A stretch of 63,268 nucleotides of DNA, the filler included, from Basidiobolus ranarum (taxonomy: Eukaryota): the NCBI GenBank assembly GCA_040143965.1. It is 10 parts of 10 records of this genome, joined end to end, with 100 filler letters (N's around TTAATTAATTAA, not from the genome) between each part and the next. Parts side by side here need not be neighbours in the genome. Positions count along the whole stretch, not along the records: positions 50,721 to 56,945 come from JASJQH010001372.1; positions 57,046 to 63,268 come from JASJQH010001373.1; 8 more parts are not named here. One strand, 5' to 3'. This document shows positions 50,721 through 63,268 of the stretch, piece by piece. A model generated the notes under the pieces. It saw only the letters and a program-made list of their open reading frames with translations, had not been told where the DNA came from and did not search any database. The position numbers were made by a program, and so were the translations under genes. How positions within the stretch are numbered: position 1 is the first letter of the stretch; each line of letters begins with the position of its first letter.

Positions 50721-52090
50721 CTATTGGACTCCCATGATTCTATTGTTTCCGAGATCACGTCCCAGTCTCTCAACGGTCGCTCTATGGGTAAGGAGTTAGC
50801 ATAATCGATTCAATTTCCAATTTCCCTCATGAATGATTACCAATTCCGTAGTCGTTGGCTAGCTCGAATAAAGTCCACTGGTCATTATTATCAATGTAAT
50901 TTTTCTCTTGCATATCAGCGATAAGGGTTTCAGCAGTAGTTAGAGATGTCATATAGACTATTTCAAAGTGGTCAGCATCATCAATGTATATCCTTACTGC
51001 AAACTAAAAATTCAAATATTTCAATTCATTTTCCCTCCATTAGAAAGCAAGAATACTATTTTACTTACCTTGGTGATATTCATCTCACGAAGTTTTTGCG
51101 AGGCGATTTTGGCTTTTTCTTCATTATGAGCTTGATGATGTCCACTGTGTTTCTCAGAAGCTCCCTCAACTGAGCCTTCAGATTTTCCTGTGGTTGGTCT
51201 GTGAGAACGCTCACTTTCGTGATGGTGGGCTCTAGCAGAATGTGATTTGGAAGTAGGAGGGTTGATTACGGATAGCCTAGAACGAGCTCTCTTGGTTTTT
51301 CCGTGCAGAAAACGATCCAAGTTCTTGATCAAGTCGTCAAGATCTCCATAATCATCGACAGTAACACTTTCAATCTTGACTGAAGATTTACTCTTGCTAA
51401 ATTTACTTGACGAATGTTTCTCTTCTTCATCGGAAGAAGGTTCATGAATGGTTTCTTGGTCATCATCGAGTTTCACTTAGTAGGAATTAGGTAGATAATT
51501 TTTGTTAACTCGAATGACGGAAAGAAAATTTTGAACCGTATTTAAAAACTAACCCAGTGACTTCCTAAAGATGGCGTGCTGAGGTTGTACTTGTAGATGA
51601 CGACTGTGGGAGTGGCTACTTCCGTTGGTCCTGTTTCTTGAAGGGGAGTATTTATCTTCTCTGTCAGAAGGGACTTTACGTGAAAGGGAGCGAGAAACAC
51701 CGTTAGGGGAGTGCGACTTCTGTGACTTCATTAAAAGTGTATCTAGTTCACTTAAATGCTGATTAATATCTCCCTCCGTAGATACACTATTACCGAGGTA
51801 AATTTTATCAAATTCTTTTTCCATTTCCGAAAGAAACGAGGAGTCTTTATTGTTGGATTGTTTCGTTGGCTTTTCCGGAGTACGTTTAGCTGGCTTATCC
51901 TATTTTCAAAAATGACACAAATAGCAAGGAAGTGTGGTAAGCATACATACGTAGAAGTAGGGAGTATATAAAAGACCGCTTTCAGCTTAGGAATGAAGGT
52001 TGGGAAAAAAAGAAATCCACGTACCGAATAGCTGCTAACAGATAACTGTAGCTCATCAAGCATCTTGTCTAGTTCTTGCGAGCTACTCAT
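50721..52090 (-). CDS. Multi-exon protein with a disordered N-terminus and a Ras-association-like domain (probable RA-PH adaptor), 3'-truncated
   Basis: Spliced reading ...KFAVRIYIDDA...TSLTTA...WTLFEL...GIERPLRDWD.I.E.I.SW. Confidence 0.7.
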
Positions 52091-53868
52091 GGTTGTTGTG
52101 TGTGTATTTTCACAAATACAAGCTTCCTGTTTTAAGGGAATACGACAGAAAACTTGATATTAAAAGAATATTATAAATTGAATCCTCTTTTCAGGGACTT
52201 TCCTGCCTTATGTATGATTCTAAGGAGGTAATAGAAGTAATCTGAGCGAGACGCATGAAATAGTCCAATGGAAATCCCAGAGAGATATTTTGTTGATCAT
52301 GCGTTAAATATTATTTTGGATTTATACAAATTTGACCATCTCCGAAATTAATAGTTACCAGCTTTGGATCCCTCATTGGCTGCTGTCACGACTAAGACGC
52401 GTTTAAATATTACGTTATCTTCAGGGTAAATCTAAACAGCGGATATTTGGATAGAAGGGAGAAGCTGCATGCATCCAAAAATATGCGGAGCTCATCCGTC
52501 TGTTAAGTTCTAATACTTCAATAAACATGAATAAGCTAACATCTGAGACTGGAGCATACGAATGTCAATAAAACCTGCGCTTAGCGGTCCCTTTGCGTCA
52601 CAAGATTGCTTCTCGAAAAAGTTCGTCCATCTCCGAGGCAATCGCAAATGAAATTGAACCTGTTAGGTCAAGAAATACAGATTATGGGTAGTTCCACCGA
52701 AGTCACAACAAATGCAACTCTGTTTTTTGGCGAACATCCTTGGTGGCAATCAAGATGAATAATAGAGTTTGTACGACCATATGGAAATGAGATGGATTTC
52801 CATACATCCATAGCAGCTCAATGTAGACTCTGGAAACTCTCACATACTATTCTAACTGATGACTGTGATCCAACCATTAAGGCGGTTTTACTTCTCTCAA
52901 AAGCCAGCGTGCACCCTGACTATATAGAAGTAGTCAAACTCTTTACTGGAACTGGACTCTACATATGAACATTCTTGGCACTAAGAAGTGACATACTGGT
53001 TCCAATAAATCAAAAATACCTCTTTGGCTTCACGACGTTTTTCCAAAGCACTGGCTCACATTCGCACCGTCCCGTGGTATGAAAAATGTAGATAGAAAGA
53101 GCTGCTATATAAGCATCTGCTATGTACAGTATCGTTACATACATATATCATCGACTTTTCAGAGTTGGTGTTAACGATCAGTGCTAGTGGTATCTACAGT
53201 CTACCAAAAAATCCCAGGATTGGTTTGGGCCAGTAGTTCCAGGGCAGAAATGATTCTCGGAATAAGTGTTCGTGGGTGTAAGAGTCTCTGCGTTTGATGA
53301 CCGACGGGTAACATGTGGTAATCTATAAATAAATACCTATGAAGCCTGAGCTGCAATACCGGGCATGCCGACAGAAAAACCCTTGGTCTGGGCTGGCTTA
53401 GGCTGAACTACTTGGATTGATAATCAACTATTTTCGCTGATGATCATTCCTATATTCACTTCATCAGCCTTCCCTCATTGTGGCTACAATGTGATGAATA
53501 TCTCCTAGACGACATATTGGCGCAATTATGCGGAATAGCCCTATCCCTGGATTATTCGCTGTATTTTATCAATATGGGTAGATTGAGATCAAGATTAATC
53601 TTGTTTTCATTATCCCTGGCTGGTACTACGACAACAGGAAAAAACACGTGTGACAAGTTTTCAGAGATGGATCAAGTTTATTGATTTAATACAGATAAAG
53701 AGAACACATTACACATGTTTCCATGCGTATGAAGCTCATGATTAGAGGCTTGGATTCTGAATTTAAACACTAGTGGGATTCGGAAACGATACCGAATTCC
53801 TAAGAGGATTTACAATATCGGTGGAGGTTGGTAAAGGTTGCGGGACTCTAAATCTGCTATATTGGTAT

Positions 53869-54753
53869 TTATAATTTGGCCCGAATTAGGCCAGTAGGCG
53901 CAGTCTCAACCTTGACTGGATTTGAAATCCGTCCAATTTTCTCAACCTCCACTTCGCACACATCGCCCTCTTTCAACCAAACAGCAGGCTTACGGGTACC
54001 ACCAACACCTTGTGGAGTACCGGTAAGGATCACATCTCCAGGTTGCAAGGTGGTGCCTTGAGAAAGGAAACTAACTAATTGAGCGACTGGGAATATCATG
54101 TCGGAAGTCGAGCTGTCCTGCATAACTTCTCCGTTCAAGCGCGTGGTAAGTCTCAACGCTTGGGGATTTGTAATCAGAGATTTATTCACGATGCACGGTC
54201 CTAAAGGAGAATAGGTATCAAACCCTTTGGAGAAACACCATTGTCCAGAACCGAATGCTGGACTCTGCCATTTGCGTGAACTGACGTCATTGCAGACTGT
54301 GTATCCGAGAACATAGTCTAACGCTCTCTGAGGAGTCACATCACGACAAGCCTTCCCGATGACTACCGCAAGCTCTACCTCATAATCAGCCTCCTGATTA
54401 CTAGCTACATGAGGGACAACAATTGGCTCATCAGGGTGTTGGAGAGTACTAGAAGGCTTGAGGAAAACAATAGGATGTTTAGGGATGGGGCTGTTAAATT
54501 CTTTAGCATGTGCCTTGTAATTCAAGCCGATTCCACGGAAAACGGGGACTTCGTTCAAAGGGGCAAGCAATTTTTGTACCGTTAATTGACGGTCAGTCAC
54601 TTTAGCTGTGCCACTAAAGGGGCAGCCGTTGATCACGTTAGCCTTCAATCCCACTACGGTTTTAGGCCATTGCTCGTTGGTTAGGATAGGTTCGCCTTGG
54701 TAAATCTTACCGTCTTCGCGAGCGACAAAGCGAATTATACGTTTCCAAGACAT
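53869..54753 (-). CDS. Fumarylacetoacetate hydrolase family protein (FAHD2/Fmp41-like), intronless
   Basis: GIGLNYKAH, FLKP, DYEVELAVVIGK, GYTVCNDVSSR, KGFDT..PLGP, PGDVILTGTP.GVG. Confidence 0.95.
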   Translation of the reverse strand: MSWKRIIRFVAREDGKIYQGEPILTNEQWPKTVVGLKANVINGCPFSGTAKVTDRQLTVQKLLAPLNEVPVFRGIGLNYKAHAKEFNSPIPKHPIVFLKPSSTLQHPDEPIVVPHVASNQEADYEVELAVVIGKACRDVTPQRALDYVLGYTVCNDVSSRKWQSPAFGSGQWCFSKGFDTYSPLGPCIVNKSLITNPQALRLTTRLNGEVMQDSSTSDMIFPVAQLVSFLSQGTTLQPGDVILTGTPQGVGGTRKPAVWLKEGDVCEVEVEKIGRISNPVKVETAPTGLIRAKL

Positions 54754-56945
54754 TCAGGGTGAAATGATAAAGGAATATATATGTGTTATATCTCCAGAGA
54801 TCGTTGGCAGATGGTAACCAAAGTTAGTGAACCAATGTCTGGTTTTATATTTGAAAATTTGCTCCTAGAATTGCTCGTGTGATTTCGGTCATTATCCTAT
54901 CAGTTGGATCTCGCGTGATTTCAATGGTTCTTTCATCAGGAGATCTGCATTGACTTTTGATGAGGTTAAGATTTCCCGATGATTTCCCAGAATCTGTGCC
55001 AATTTGAGTCATCTTGACCTGCTGAGATAAAACTCCAGTAATAAGAGAAAGTTAAATCGGATTGGATCAGGGATACTTGGCTTTGAGAAAGTTCTTGAAT
55101 AAATCATGTATTACGAAATGAGGTAGTGATAAGCCACGAGAGAACAGTCGAAAACTTGTTCGCAGTGGCAGTGGTAAAGGATCGGGGGGAATCGGATGCC
55201 TCCAATACGGGTAACCAGATGAGGGCAGAAAAGCAGAATTTACGACAACAACAGCATGTTGAGGATCTACTCCAGAGATCTGAGCAACTAGCTGCTCTTG
55301 ATTATCTCCACTTCCACAAATCTACACAGATTGCAATCGAAATGTGGTTTAAAGTGTCTGGAGTCGCATTTAAGGTTCATCAAATGAATAATACTGTTAG
55401 CATCTTTCATCTGTTGCATCTTCACCATCTTTGATTGAAAACTTTGCAGGAAGCCATCATGATCTTTCATCCACCCCCAACCATCTTTCCACGGTTCCAC
55501 CATTTCCCTTACCCGCTGACCAGTGCGATTACCGCTTCGTGGTAATGTACCGCTGGGTTGACGATGGTATCCAGGGTTTGTACCATTCTATATTACCATA
55601 CACTCTGGTTACCTATACGCATCAAGCCTCAAACAACAATATTGGATGAGATTCAGCTGAGTACCCCCTTTTCAATCAGTCAGAATATGATACAAAGGGG
55701 GTGGTCAATGAAATCAGATGAGACTAACCCCCTACTACATGAATATTCTCATCTGATTTTCCCACTAGGAGACAGCACCCATCGTATGGTTTATACCATT
55801 ATTTCATCAGCAACTCCAGCATCTGTGAAGGAATGCAGATTCAAAGACCTGCTCTACAAGCCCAACACTAATAGCCACAACACTGTGCCCTGACTCCACC
55901 TGGCCAATCTTGAGTGAGTTGATACAGCTCAATGGCTTCAATTCTAAACAGTTATTTTACTGCTCATCATGATTCCAATTCAATTGCATACATACATTCC
56001 GGGTTTTATATACACCCACCTCTAGTTTCATAAACCTCATATACCATCTACAGGAGCATACTTTCAATATCCTGGTTACTGCTAGAGTCCTGTTAAGGAG
56101 TACCCTTGGGTCGACATTATAGGTTTGGACAATGTCTCTCTATTAATATGAAGGTTGATTGTGAGCATAGTTGCTCAAGGCTAAAAATTCTAAGGCTCAA
56201 GCAACATGCTAATAGTTGGGAGGGGGTGGTTTTTATGAGCAAGAAGGCCGCAACCAAGCTTAATCAATAGTGACACTAATATCAATAACAAATCCAGCTA
56301 GACATACCCTGGAGGCAGTTGAGTCTGATCCATCACATTACTTACCAGGCCTTAGACTAAAGTCACTTCATTGTGACTGAAGGTATAAAGTAGTGAAGGC
56401 AAAGAAGCTACCAAGACCTGTTCACACCTATTCCATGAAAAGTTGCCCAGGTGGCTCCTGAGGTTACTGCATTACTCTACAAGTACATATCCAGCCAGTC
56501 AATATAACAAACATAAAGCAGCCTTTATTAAACACCAGCCCATATCTACACTGAGAAAACAGTTGGTAGTCGAGGTAAAAGGATGCACAGTTAGCATGGC
56601 ATTAATCACCGAGAATCTAGTTGCAAACCATACAAAGTTTCACCTTGGGAAATACAGCAGAATTGACGGCAGATCATACAGAAAAGTTTTAAATCTAATA
56701 AGTAAGGTTCAGGATGATGCAGGCCATGTGAGATTCCCCAAACAAGTCCAGTACCCAACAGGATATTATACAGATGGAATGCTGTGTCCAGAAGGTCAGA
56801 TATGGATATGCAGCCTGCTGCACAGCATAGCTCATTTGTGATCCAGCTTTCAAGATACAGCAATCGCGCACAAAAATGGAAAGCTTGTCTTACAACAAGC
56901 CAAGAGGTTGTGTAAAGCGGTCACAGTGAGTGGAGCGGTCAAGTG

Positions 56946-57045
56946 NNNNNNNNNNNNNNNNNNNNNNNNNNNNNNNNNNNNNNNNNNNNTTAATTAATTA
57001 ANNNNNNNNNNNNNNNNNNNNNNNNNNNNNNNNNNNNNNNNNNNN
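56946..57045. other. Artificial contig linker
   Basis: N44-TTAATTAATTAA-N44. Confidence 0.99.
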
Positions 57046-57839
57046 GAAGAAGAAGACAATGGTTTTGTTACAGACTCTTTGTTATCAGCAAGCACTAGCC
57101 CACTCATAACACTTACAATGAAGGATGCAGCTTTGATTATTGAGGAGTGGAGAGTTCAATCCAATCTTAGCAACTCAGTGTTTATTGGTTTTCTTACACT
57201 TTTACCACAGTTGATTGGCAACTGTTGCTTGCCACAGACCTGGTACAAGTGGAGAACACTTGTCAATTGTATGACTTATAAACCTTCAGTAATTAAACTA
57301 CCTTCATGTCCAAATGGTTGTTTGGCTTTCACTGGTAATCTGAAAAACCAGAAGTCATGTGCTGTTTGCACACAATTGGCAATCACTAAATCAGATAAAT
57401 ATTGTTCATATTTGGCTTACATACTGTTGATTCCCCATCTTGAAGGTTTGATAAAATCATCCAAATATAGTACATTGATCCAATAGCAAAGTACATGCCA
57501 TAAAGCTGATAGTATTACCAATATACTTGATGGATATCACTACCAGAATCTAAGAAGTCAAAGTCTCTTTAAGAACACATATGATCATGCATTTGCATTG
57601 GCTCTGGATGGTTTCTTGATAAACAAGTATACCATTGGAACGCCTTGCTGGCCAACAATTTTAATTTACTTAAGTCTTGCTCCTTCAGAATGATATAAGA
57701 GTCATAATATTTTGATACTATCCATCATATCTGAACCTGAATCACCACCGCTTATAGATAATTTATTAGAGCCTGTAATTGTGGAATTTGAATGGTTATC
57801 TAATTGAGTTTAGATGGGTGAATATTTTTTAAAGCTAAT
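57046..57839 (+). mobile_element. Degenerate CACTA/EnSpm Tnp2 transposase, N-terminal half
   Basis: CPNGCLAFTG....SCAVC motif, then a nucleotide match to the reverse complement of ~2770-3107. Confidence 0.82.
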
Positions 57840-58494
57840 CCCTAACAAAAATAAAATTGGTTTGATCCCAATTGGATCCACCCTCCAAAATAACAAAACC
57901 ATTAGAGAACCATCACCATATTACAATATTGGTAGCTTGCATTCTGCCAGGGATTTTTATGGTGTGATGGCAGTGTCTTGATGGTATTTTGATGATATTC
58001 ATACTTGTTAAAATATTGATCCTCAAATTTGGCATGTGTTATTTAATATCCAGCAATTTTTGCAAAAATCTAATTTTCAAATGGCAGATTACTGCGTTTA
58101 CTGCTGTAGGAATTTGAATTTGTTGAAGTTTATTGTCTTTATCATATTTGTTATCTCTATCTTTGTACACCTAACTATTTTGTATATCACATATATGTTA
58201 GTTAACATTACATAGTCAAATATCACTTAACTGAAAATTGGAACATATATTATATATATATGTGAATAATGTGAGAATTAGCAATTCCATATTGGAAATT
58301 TCAAACTTGTCCAGATTGCCCCAAAGATAGCTCATTTTACTCCCACAGATGTTCTGAACACAACCCCAGTGTTAGTTTTCTGTATTTTCATCAAAATGTA
58401 TAAATGCTTTATTTCTGGACTATAAACAATTATCTCACAATGCTATTCACAACTCCATTTTTCTAAAGTTCCTCCAAACAGCCCATATTTTCCC
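57840..58494 (+). repeat. Unclassified ~655-bp non-coding interspersed repeat
   Basis: Both ends recur in contig 1 (1-220, and 1367-1637 inverted). Confidence 0.75.
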
Positions 58495-58519
58495 AATATA
58501 AGTAACATTGTGCTGGATA

Positions 58520-59400
58520 GTGCCCAATCATGCCAATTTGTGCTGGCACACCTTTTAGCTGGCCTGATGTGGCTCAATAAAATGGAACAAGTCTAAAGAA
58601 AATTGATCAGATACAAAATCATTTCTAAGTACAAATTTGTTTTCTTCCAAAATCTAATATCTGATATAACTAAATGTGTGATAATATGTTTATATTTCAG
58701 CAAGTTATTCTCAAATCAGATGAATTCTGGTGATTTTATGGCTAATCATATAACTTGGATCAAAGCTATGGCAAACTAGCTATTATCTATTGGAGCACTC
58801 TGAAGATGACATGGTCATGACACTAGTTGGGAGCCAGCAATATGTGTATGGGAACCTCATGTTTGCCCTATGCTCATGATCAAAGCAATTCACAATCCAA
58901 TATATTTGTGCTAGGCTTTTGAATGCAGAAGATAAGAGATCTGATTCTCAGCCAAATGATGCAGATCAGGCTTTTTGGGAGCTGTAAAACATTCAGCAGG
59001 CTTCAATAATTGTGCCCCTAATACAAATTTAAAAACCTGCAAGTATTGCAAGGAAACAGGTCATATAATCAAAGGTTGCACAGATAGGACTTTTTAAATA
59101 GCTAAAATTAGAACAAGCAAATGAAGTAAGGACTGATAGGGAATATCTGTTTGTGTCTACCATATTGCTAAACACTAGGTAAGACTCAGAAAGAAGATGC
59201 ATTGACTTAGGAGCTTCCCAGCATATCTCAAAAAAGAAAGATTAGTTTTCTAGCTTAAAACCAATCCCAACATGGAAAGTCTAAATAGGAGATCTCTTTT
59301 CACTGCATGCAGTTAGTAAGAGTGCCATTGTGTGCAGTTTAGACTAAAATTCAGCTTCACTGTCTACAAAATTGGATGATGCTCTCTATGTTGTAGTGTT
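58520..59400 (+). mobile_element. Degenerate Ty1/Copia gag-protease region
   Basis: Zinc knuckle CKYCKETGHIIKGC at 59038; CIDLGASQHI, a decayed DSGAS.H protease motif, at ~59198. Confidence 0.75.
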
Positions 59401-62400
59401 GGTCATATTCCAACAATAGGCTGCATATATTAAGCAGGCAGAATATTATCTATTACTATCTAACAATATTTTACAGAACAAATAAAAAGAACTAATTTTG
59501 ATCACTAACTGTTGCGTTGATATCTAATTAATTATAGAAACAGGTATTGGAAGCATAATATCCTGAATTAGAGCTTTTCAACCATGCATGATTGATAAAA
59601 TTTGATCAAATACTGTTGGAACTACAACCATTTCAAAATGACCATTAAAAAAATAAACATTAGCAAGCATTCTGGACACAGGAATTTGGGACCTCATGAT
59701 GTTCATTAAATCATTGATAACTTTTAAACCAGTTAATTAATTGTTGTAAATATGTCCCAAAGCTGCAGCAGTAATGGATGCTAACATATGCCGAATATCA
59801 AAGCCACAGCTGCAATATTAGGGATCTTGTTGCAAACATGATGCTAAGCCACAAACTTATAACCAACATTCTTATCCACCAACCTGTAGCATGTATTATC
59901 AGCCTTTTCTTGATATAAGCAGCTGTTTTCCTAGTGAAAAAGCTCCTAGTCTTAATATCAACCTAAGCTGCATAATATCCTTTATTCTTTGTTGTGTCAG
60001 GTATTCTACCCTGTAGCATGGTAGGATAATTAAGATTCCTGTTGCTAAATAATTAGCCTTGACAGTTGAAGATTGCAGTGCAGATTCTTTTATAGTTAAC
60101 TTCACTTTTGCTGTCATTGATTATACCTCACTCTTTATCAATAACTTTGCCAATGTCAAAGAACATATCTTTTTCTTCAAACTTCATTGTAGAGAAACCA
60201 CTACCCTAACAGAAATTTGAGGATTGTTATCATAGGAAAACTGTCCCAATTTTATCCATTTGGGAATGACTGTTTACTTACTGTCATAAAACTGTCAAGT
60301 TGGATTTAATTTTAATTAAGTTTTCAGTTTCAGGAGTGAAATTTCAGGATGTTTGAAAATAGTTGTACATGATTGGCTACAATCTCAGAAAACTGTGGAT
60401 CAACATATGTGCAAAGAATGTAACTCAAATTTTGCACATTTACCACTTGAACACTTAGTGGTCACCTTCAAAATCCCTAGTTTCTTTGATATATTCTCCT
60501 GAATATTTTTATAGAGTTCTTTATACCCAAAGTTTAGTTCATATCCAACACAAGTTTGTATCAATATCTCTATCAAAGCCCACTACTGTATTATTGTTGC
60601 TGAATCAACATCCTTCCAGCTCTCTAGCAGATACCTTGCAATACTGTGCCACTATACATTAAGTTCTTCCCAAATATCTGCATGGTCAACATCAGACTAA
60701 ATGTCAAGTTGAATGTGCTTCTTCTGAAGTCATTTTTGGCATATTTGCACTGCATTTTTCCCTTCTTACTTTTGAATATACTCCTCAAGCACTTTGACTA
60801 TATTTATACATTCTTCTAGGGTGACACAGCCAAGGGTGCTTTGAGGTGTTTGTGTAGCTTTTTGCTTGCCTTCAAGCTTGGTGTTAATTGCAACACTTTG
60901 AAAAGTACCTGTTGACTTTGGAGAGCCATGAGTTTTATTTACTGGTGTTTTTGCTTGTTGTGAGATGCCAGGTGTTGAATAAACTTCCAAATTTAGCTTC
61001 TACCAACTGTTGTACCAGGTTCCATGGTGATATTAAGCTTTTTTGCAAATATATCTGACTCTGGAAATGCAGATCTCTGCAATGGTGCAAAGAACTTAGT
61101 AAGTGCAACAGTAGAGCTTATACTCACTGGCTTCTTTGTTTTTCCCCTGGGTTTACTAACTTCCTGCTCCTTGAGTACTTCTTGAGCTGCTTTTCTTTCT
61201 TTTCCAAGTTAATACTTGTGTACATTTTTGAGATGTTTCATGAATAGGTCTATACTAGCCAAATTGCCATTTGCTTGGAAGACCCAGGATAAGCTACATG
61301 GAAAGAGTCAAGATCCTTCAGAGTAATGACTGGTTTTTGGTTTTTCCACATTTGGCTCAAATCAAGGTAATTTTGGGCAAGATTCTGCACAGTTTCCATA
61401 ATGTTGAACCACACATCATCAGGGCAAGTGATGGCAGCTGTGACATTCAGAGTTTTCTGATTTGCTGGTTTCCTTATGAGATTTCTACTTTCTTGTGCCC
61501 AAGCAATTTTGGGTTGTTGTGTAGGCATGATGGTCCAATACATATTCTGCTCTGCTAGATTGACATGGTGACATTCATATGTATGATGTGGGATTGAGTG
61601 AAATCACATATAAGAATAAACAGAGGGTGCAGCAAGCTGCTGTAGCTCAAGTACAGCATTTTGAAGATCTTGTATCACTGTTGAGTGACTCTCTAACTGT
61701 TGACTAATTGCTTCCAAAGACTGCATTAATTCCAATATTGCAGCATTATTGCTTGTCATGGCCTGTATAGCAACTTTGTAGCTTTACTTATGGTTGCATA
61801 CAAATCATTATGGTGTTCTGCCTGCAATTCCCTTATTGTAATAATTCTATCCAAATTTTCTACAGAGGGTTGTTTAATAGTTGGCAAAGTAGCCATTTTG
61901 GAAGTTGATGGTCTTGATGTAAAGTGCGACTAATCTAAATTGCTTTCTTAGTGTTGTCCATATTAGAGGCATTTTAGCATCCAAATTGCTTGATTAATCA
62001 TCAACCAAAATACTAGCTTTTCTGACCAATCAGAGTCTGATTAATCATGCAGCATTTCTAATCCCGGGCCGAATTTTGGGTTTACCCTCCTTCCGTCCAC
62101 TTTACCCAAAGCTGATTTACTATAAGGGAAATTTACGCCCACACATACTCAACGTCATCTCTCTCAAATTATGCCGGAGTAGCGGTGGTTAAACAAGCGG
62201 TGGTTAAAAAAGCAGTCGATAGAATCCAGTGCTCACCAATTCAAACAATGCTGATCACATTCTGATGATTAAATAGTTGGTAGATGAAATCCCTTCAAAG
62301 TTGGATGGTTTTTTAGCGCCGTTTGTTCTCATACGTTGGTCATACTCGGGGTTTTCATATGATTCCTAACCGCAGTGGAGCTTTCTAGCTGATTTATTCC

Positions 62401-62602
62401 GAACAACTAAACACGTGCAGTTGTTATCTTGGCTTCTTTGCATGTATTTACTTCCCAATATGGATTTCGGTATGACGTTTGGTGATATACCAGAAGAATT
62501 TCATTGCTAGTGGCGTTTGGGGGGATTTTCTTAGCTCATAAATAGACAGCCGATGATCCACACCACGTTAAGCACTCATTCTTTTAGCAGCCTCTGTGAA
62601 GC

Positions 62603-63268
62603 ATGGCGACCGCGGTAAATACTGGCATTAGCCGTAAAAAAACCGACCACTTGACCGTATTGAATTGGAGACAATACCTCCATTCCATATTTGTCAGTAT
62701 CTCAACCAAAACTTGGTACGTTATTAACGTACTCGTAGTCGGACTTCTTTCAATCACCGTACTCCCAGTTTTCTACGTATTGAAGCCGGTGATTAATGCA
62801 TTGGTGGATTCTTTTCAAAAATCTTCCTTGTATGAGCCAACCACCAATTTCTTGACAAAGAATCGTGGTTTTTTCATCTTATGCTTCGCTCTACCATTGA
62901 GTTTCTTCTTTGATGGTTACTTCCGTCTTCGTAACTGGTATGTTCGTAAGTTTCTCTCCACTCCGTATCTTCATGACCAGCGTGTTCGTGGTGTCCAAGC
63001 TCAAGTCAAGAAGTGGAACCAGAGTGGTAGAAAGGGTCTTATGTGTACTGCTCGTCCTACCTGGATGACTATGTCCACCCGTATTGCTACCTTCAAGGAA
63101 GATTGCTCTAGAATCAGTATCAACCTACACGATATATTAGAAGTGGATACTGAGCGCCAGCTTGTCCGTTGCGAACCTTTGGTAGATATGGGTCAATTGT
63201 CAGCTCATTTAACTCCCATGGGATATCAACTTGCTTTGATGATCGAAATGGAGGATCTTACCGTGGGT
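62603..63268 (+). CDS. Delta(24)-sterol reductase (DHCR24/DIMINUTO-like FAD oxidoreductase), 5' part
   Basis: 222 open codons to the window end: LPLSF.FD, HDQRV..VQ.QV..W, MCTARP.W.TMS, INL.DILEVD, VRCEPLV.MGQ, E..DLTVG; absent from the ORF track. Confidence 0.92.
   Translation, partial: MATAVNTGISRKKTDHLTVLNWRQYLHSIFVSISTKTWYVINVLVVGLLSITVLPVFYVLKPVINALVDSFQKSSLYEPTTNFLTKNRGFFILCFALPLSFFFDGYFRLRNWYVRKFLSTPYLHDQRVRGVQAQVKKWNQSGRKGLMCTARPTWMTMSTRIATFKEDCSRISINLHDILEVDTERQLVRCEPLVDMGQLSAHLTPMGYQLALMIEMEDLTVG

Noticed and set aside
55100..56945. Short ORFs, possibly a non-LTR retroelement remnant
   Set aside because: Partly CpG-poor but no diagnostic RT or endonuclease motif visible
6295..57001. 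Regularly spaced TTAATTAATTAA as a biological repeat or CRISPR-like array
   Set aside because: Always centred in N padding; a synthetic six-frame stop linker
1..63268. tRNA, rRNA, CRISPR arrays or prokaryotic operons
   Set aside because: No cloverleaf, rRNA-like or repeat-spacer pattern seen by eye; genes have spliceosomal introns. Small ncRNAs cannot be excluded without Infernal

Overview
This window is not one locus. It is ten unrelated contigs of steadily falling length (6250, 6248, 6244, 6243, 6239, 6236, 6231, 6229, 6225, 6223 bp) joined by artificial 100-nt linkers (N44-TTAATTAATTAA-N44), so adjacency across a linker means nothing. The DNA is eukaryotic and fungal: it has short 51-81 nt GT-AG introns with CTAAC-type branch points, a division-I chitin synthase, UTP23, a Mis14/Nsl1-like kinetochore gene and eS30. 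A DHCR24-type sterol reductase, a PL14-like gene, a CAP gene and an NRPS relic suggest an early-diverging fungus such as Basidiobolus (inference only). A large share of the window is decayed transposons (CACTA/EnSpm Tnp2, Ty3/Gypsy, Ty1/Copia, a solo-LTR family) that have lost almost all CpG. Highlights: (1) a divergent pair of intronless, decaying ORFs with no homologue I can recognise, a candidate endogenous viral or mobile element; (2) a tandem triplet of an uncharacterised tubby/DUF6593-like family; (3) a cluster of secreted proteins containing two apparent pseudoenzymes (PL14-like and group XII PLA2-like); (4) a 3-nt ATG microexon; (5) heat-shock elements in a Gypsy LTR; (6) a PLAT-domain protein; (7) a charge-patterned Gly/Asp/Tyr repeat protein. 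All family calls come from recognising motifs by eye; no database searches were run.
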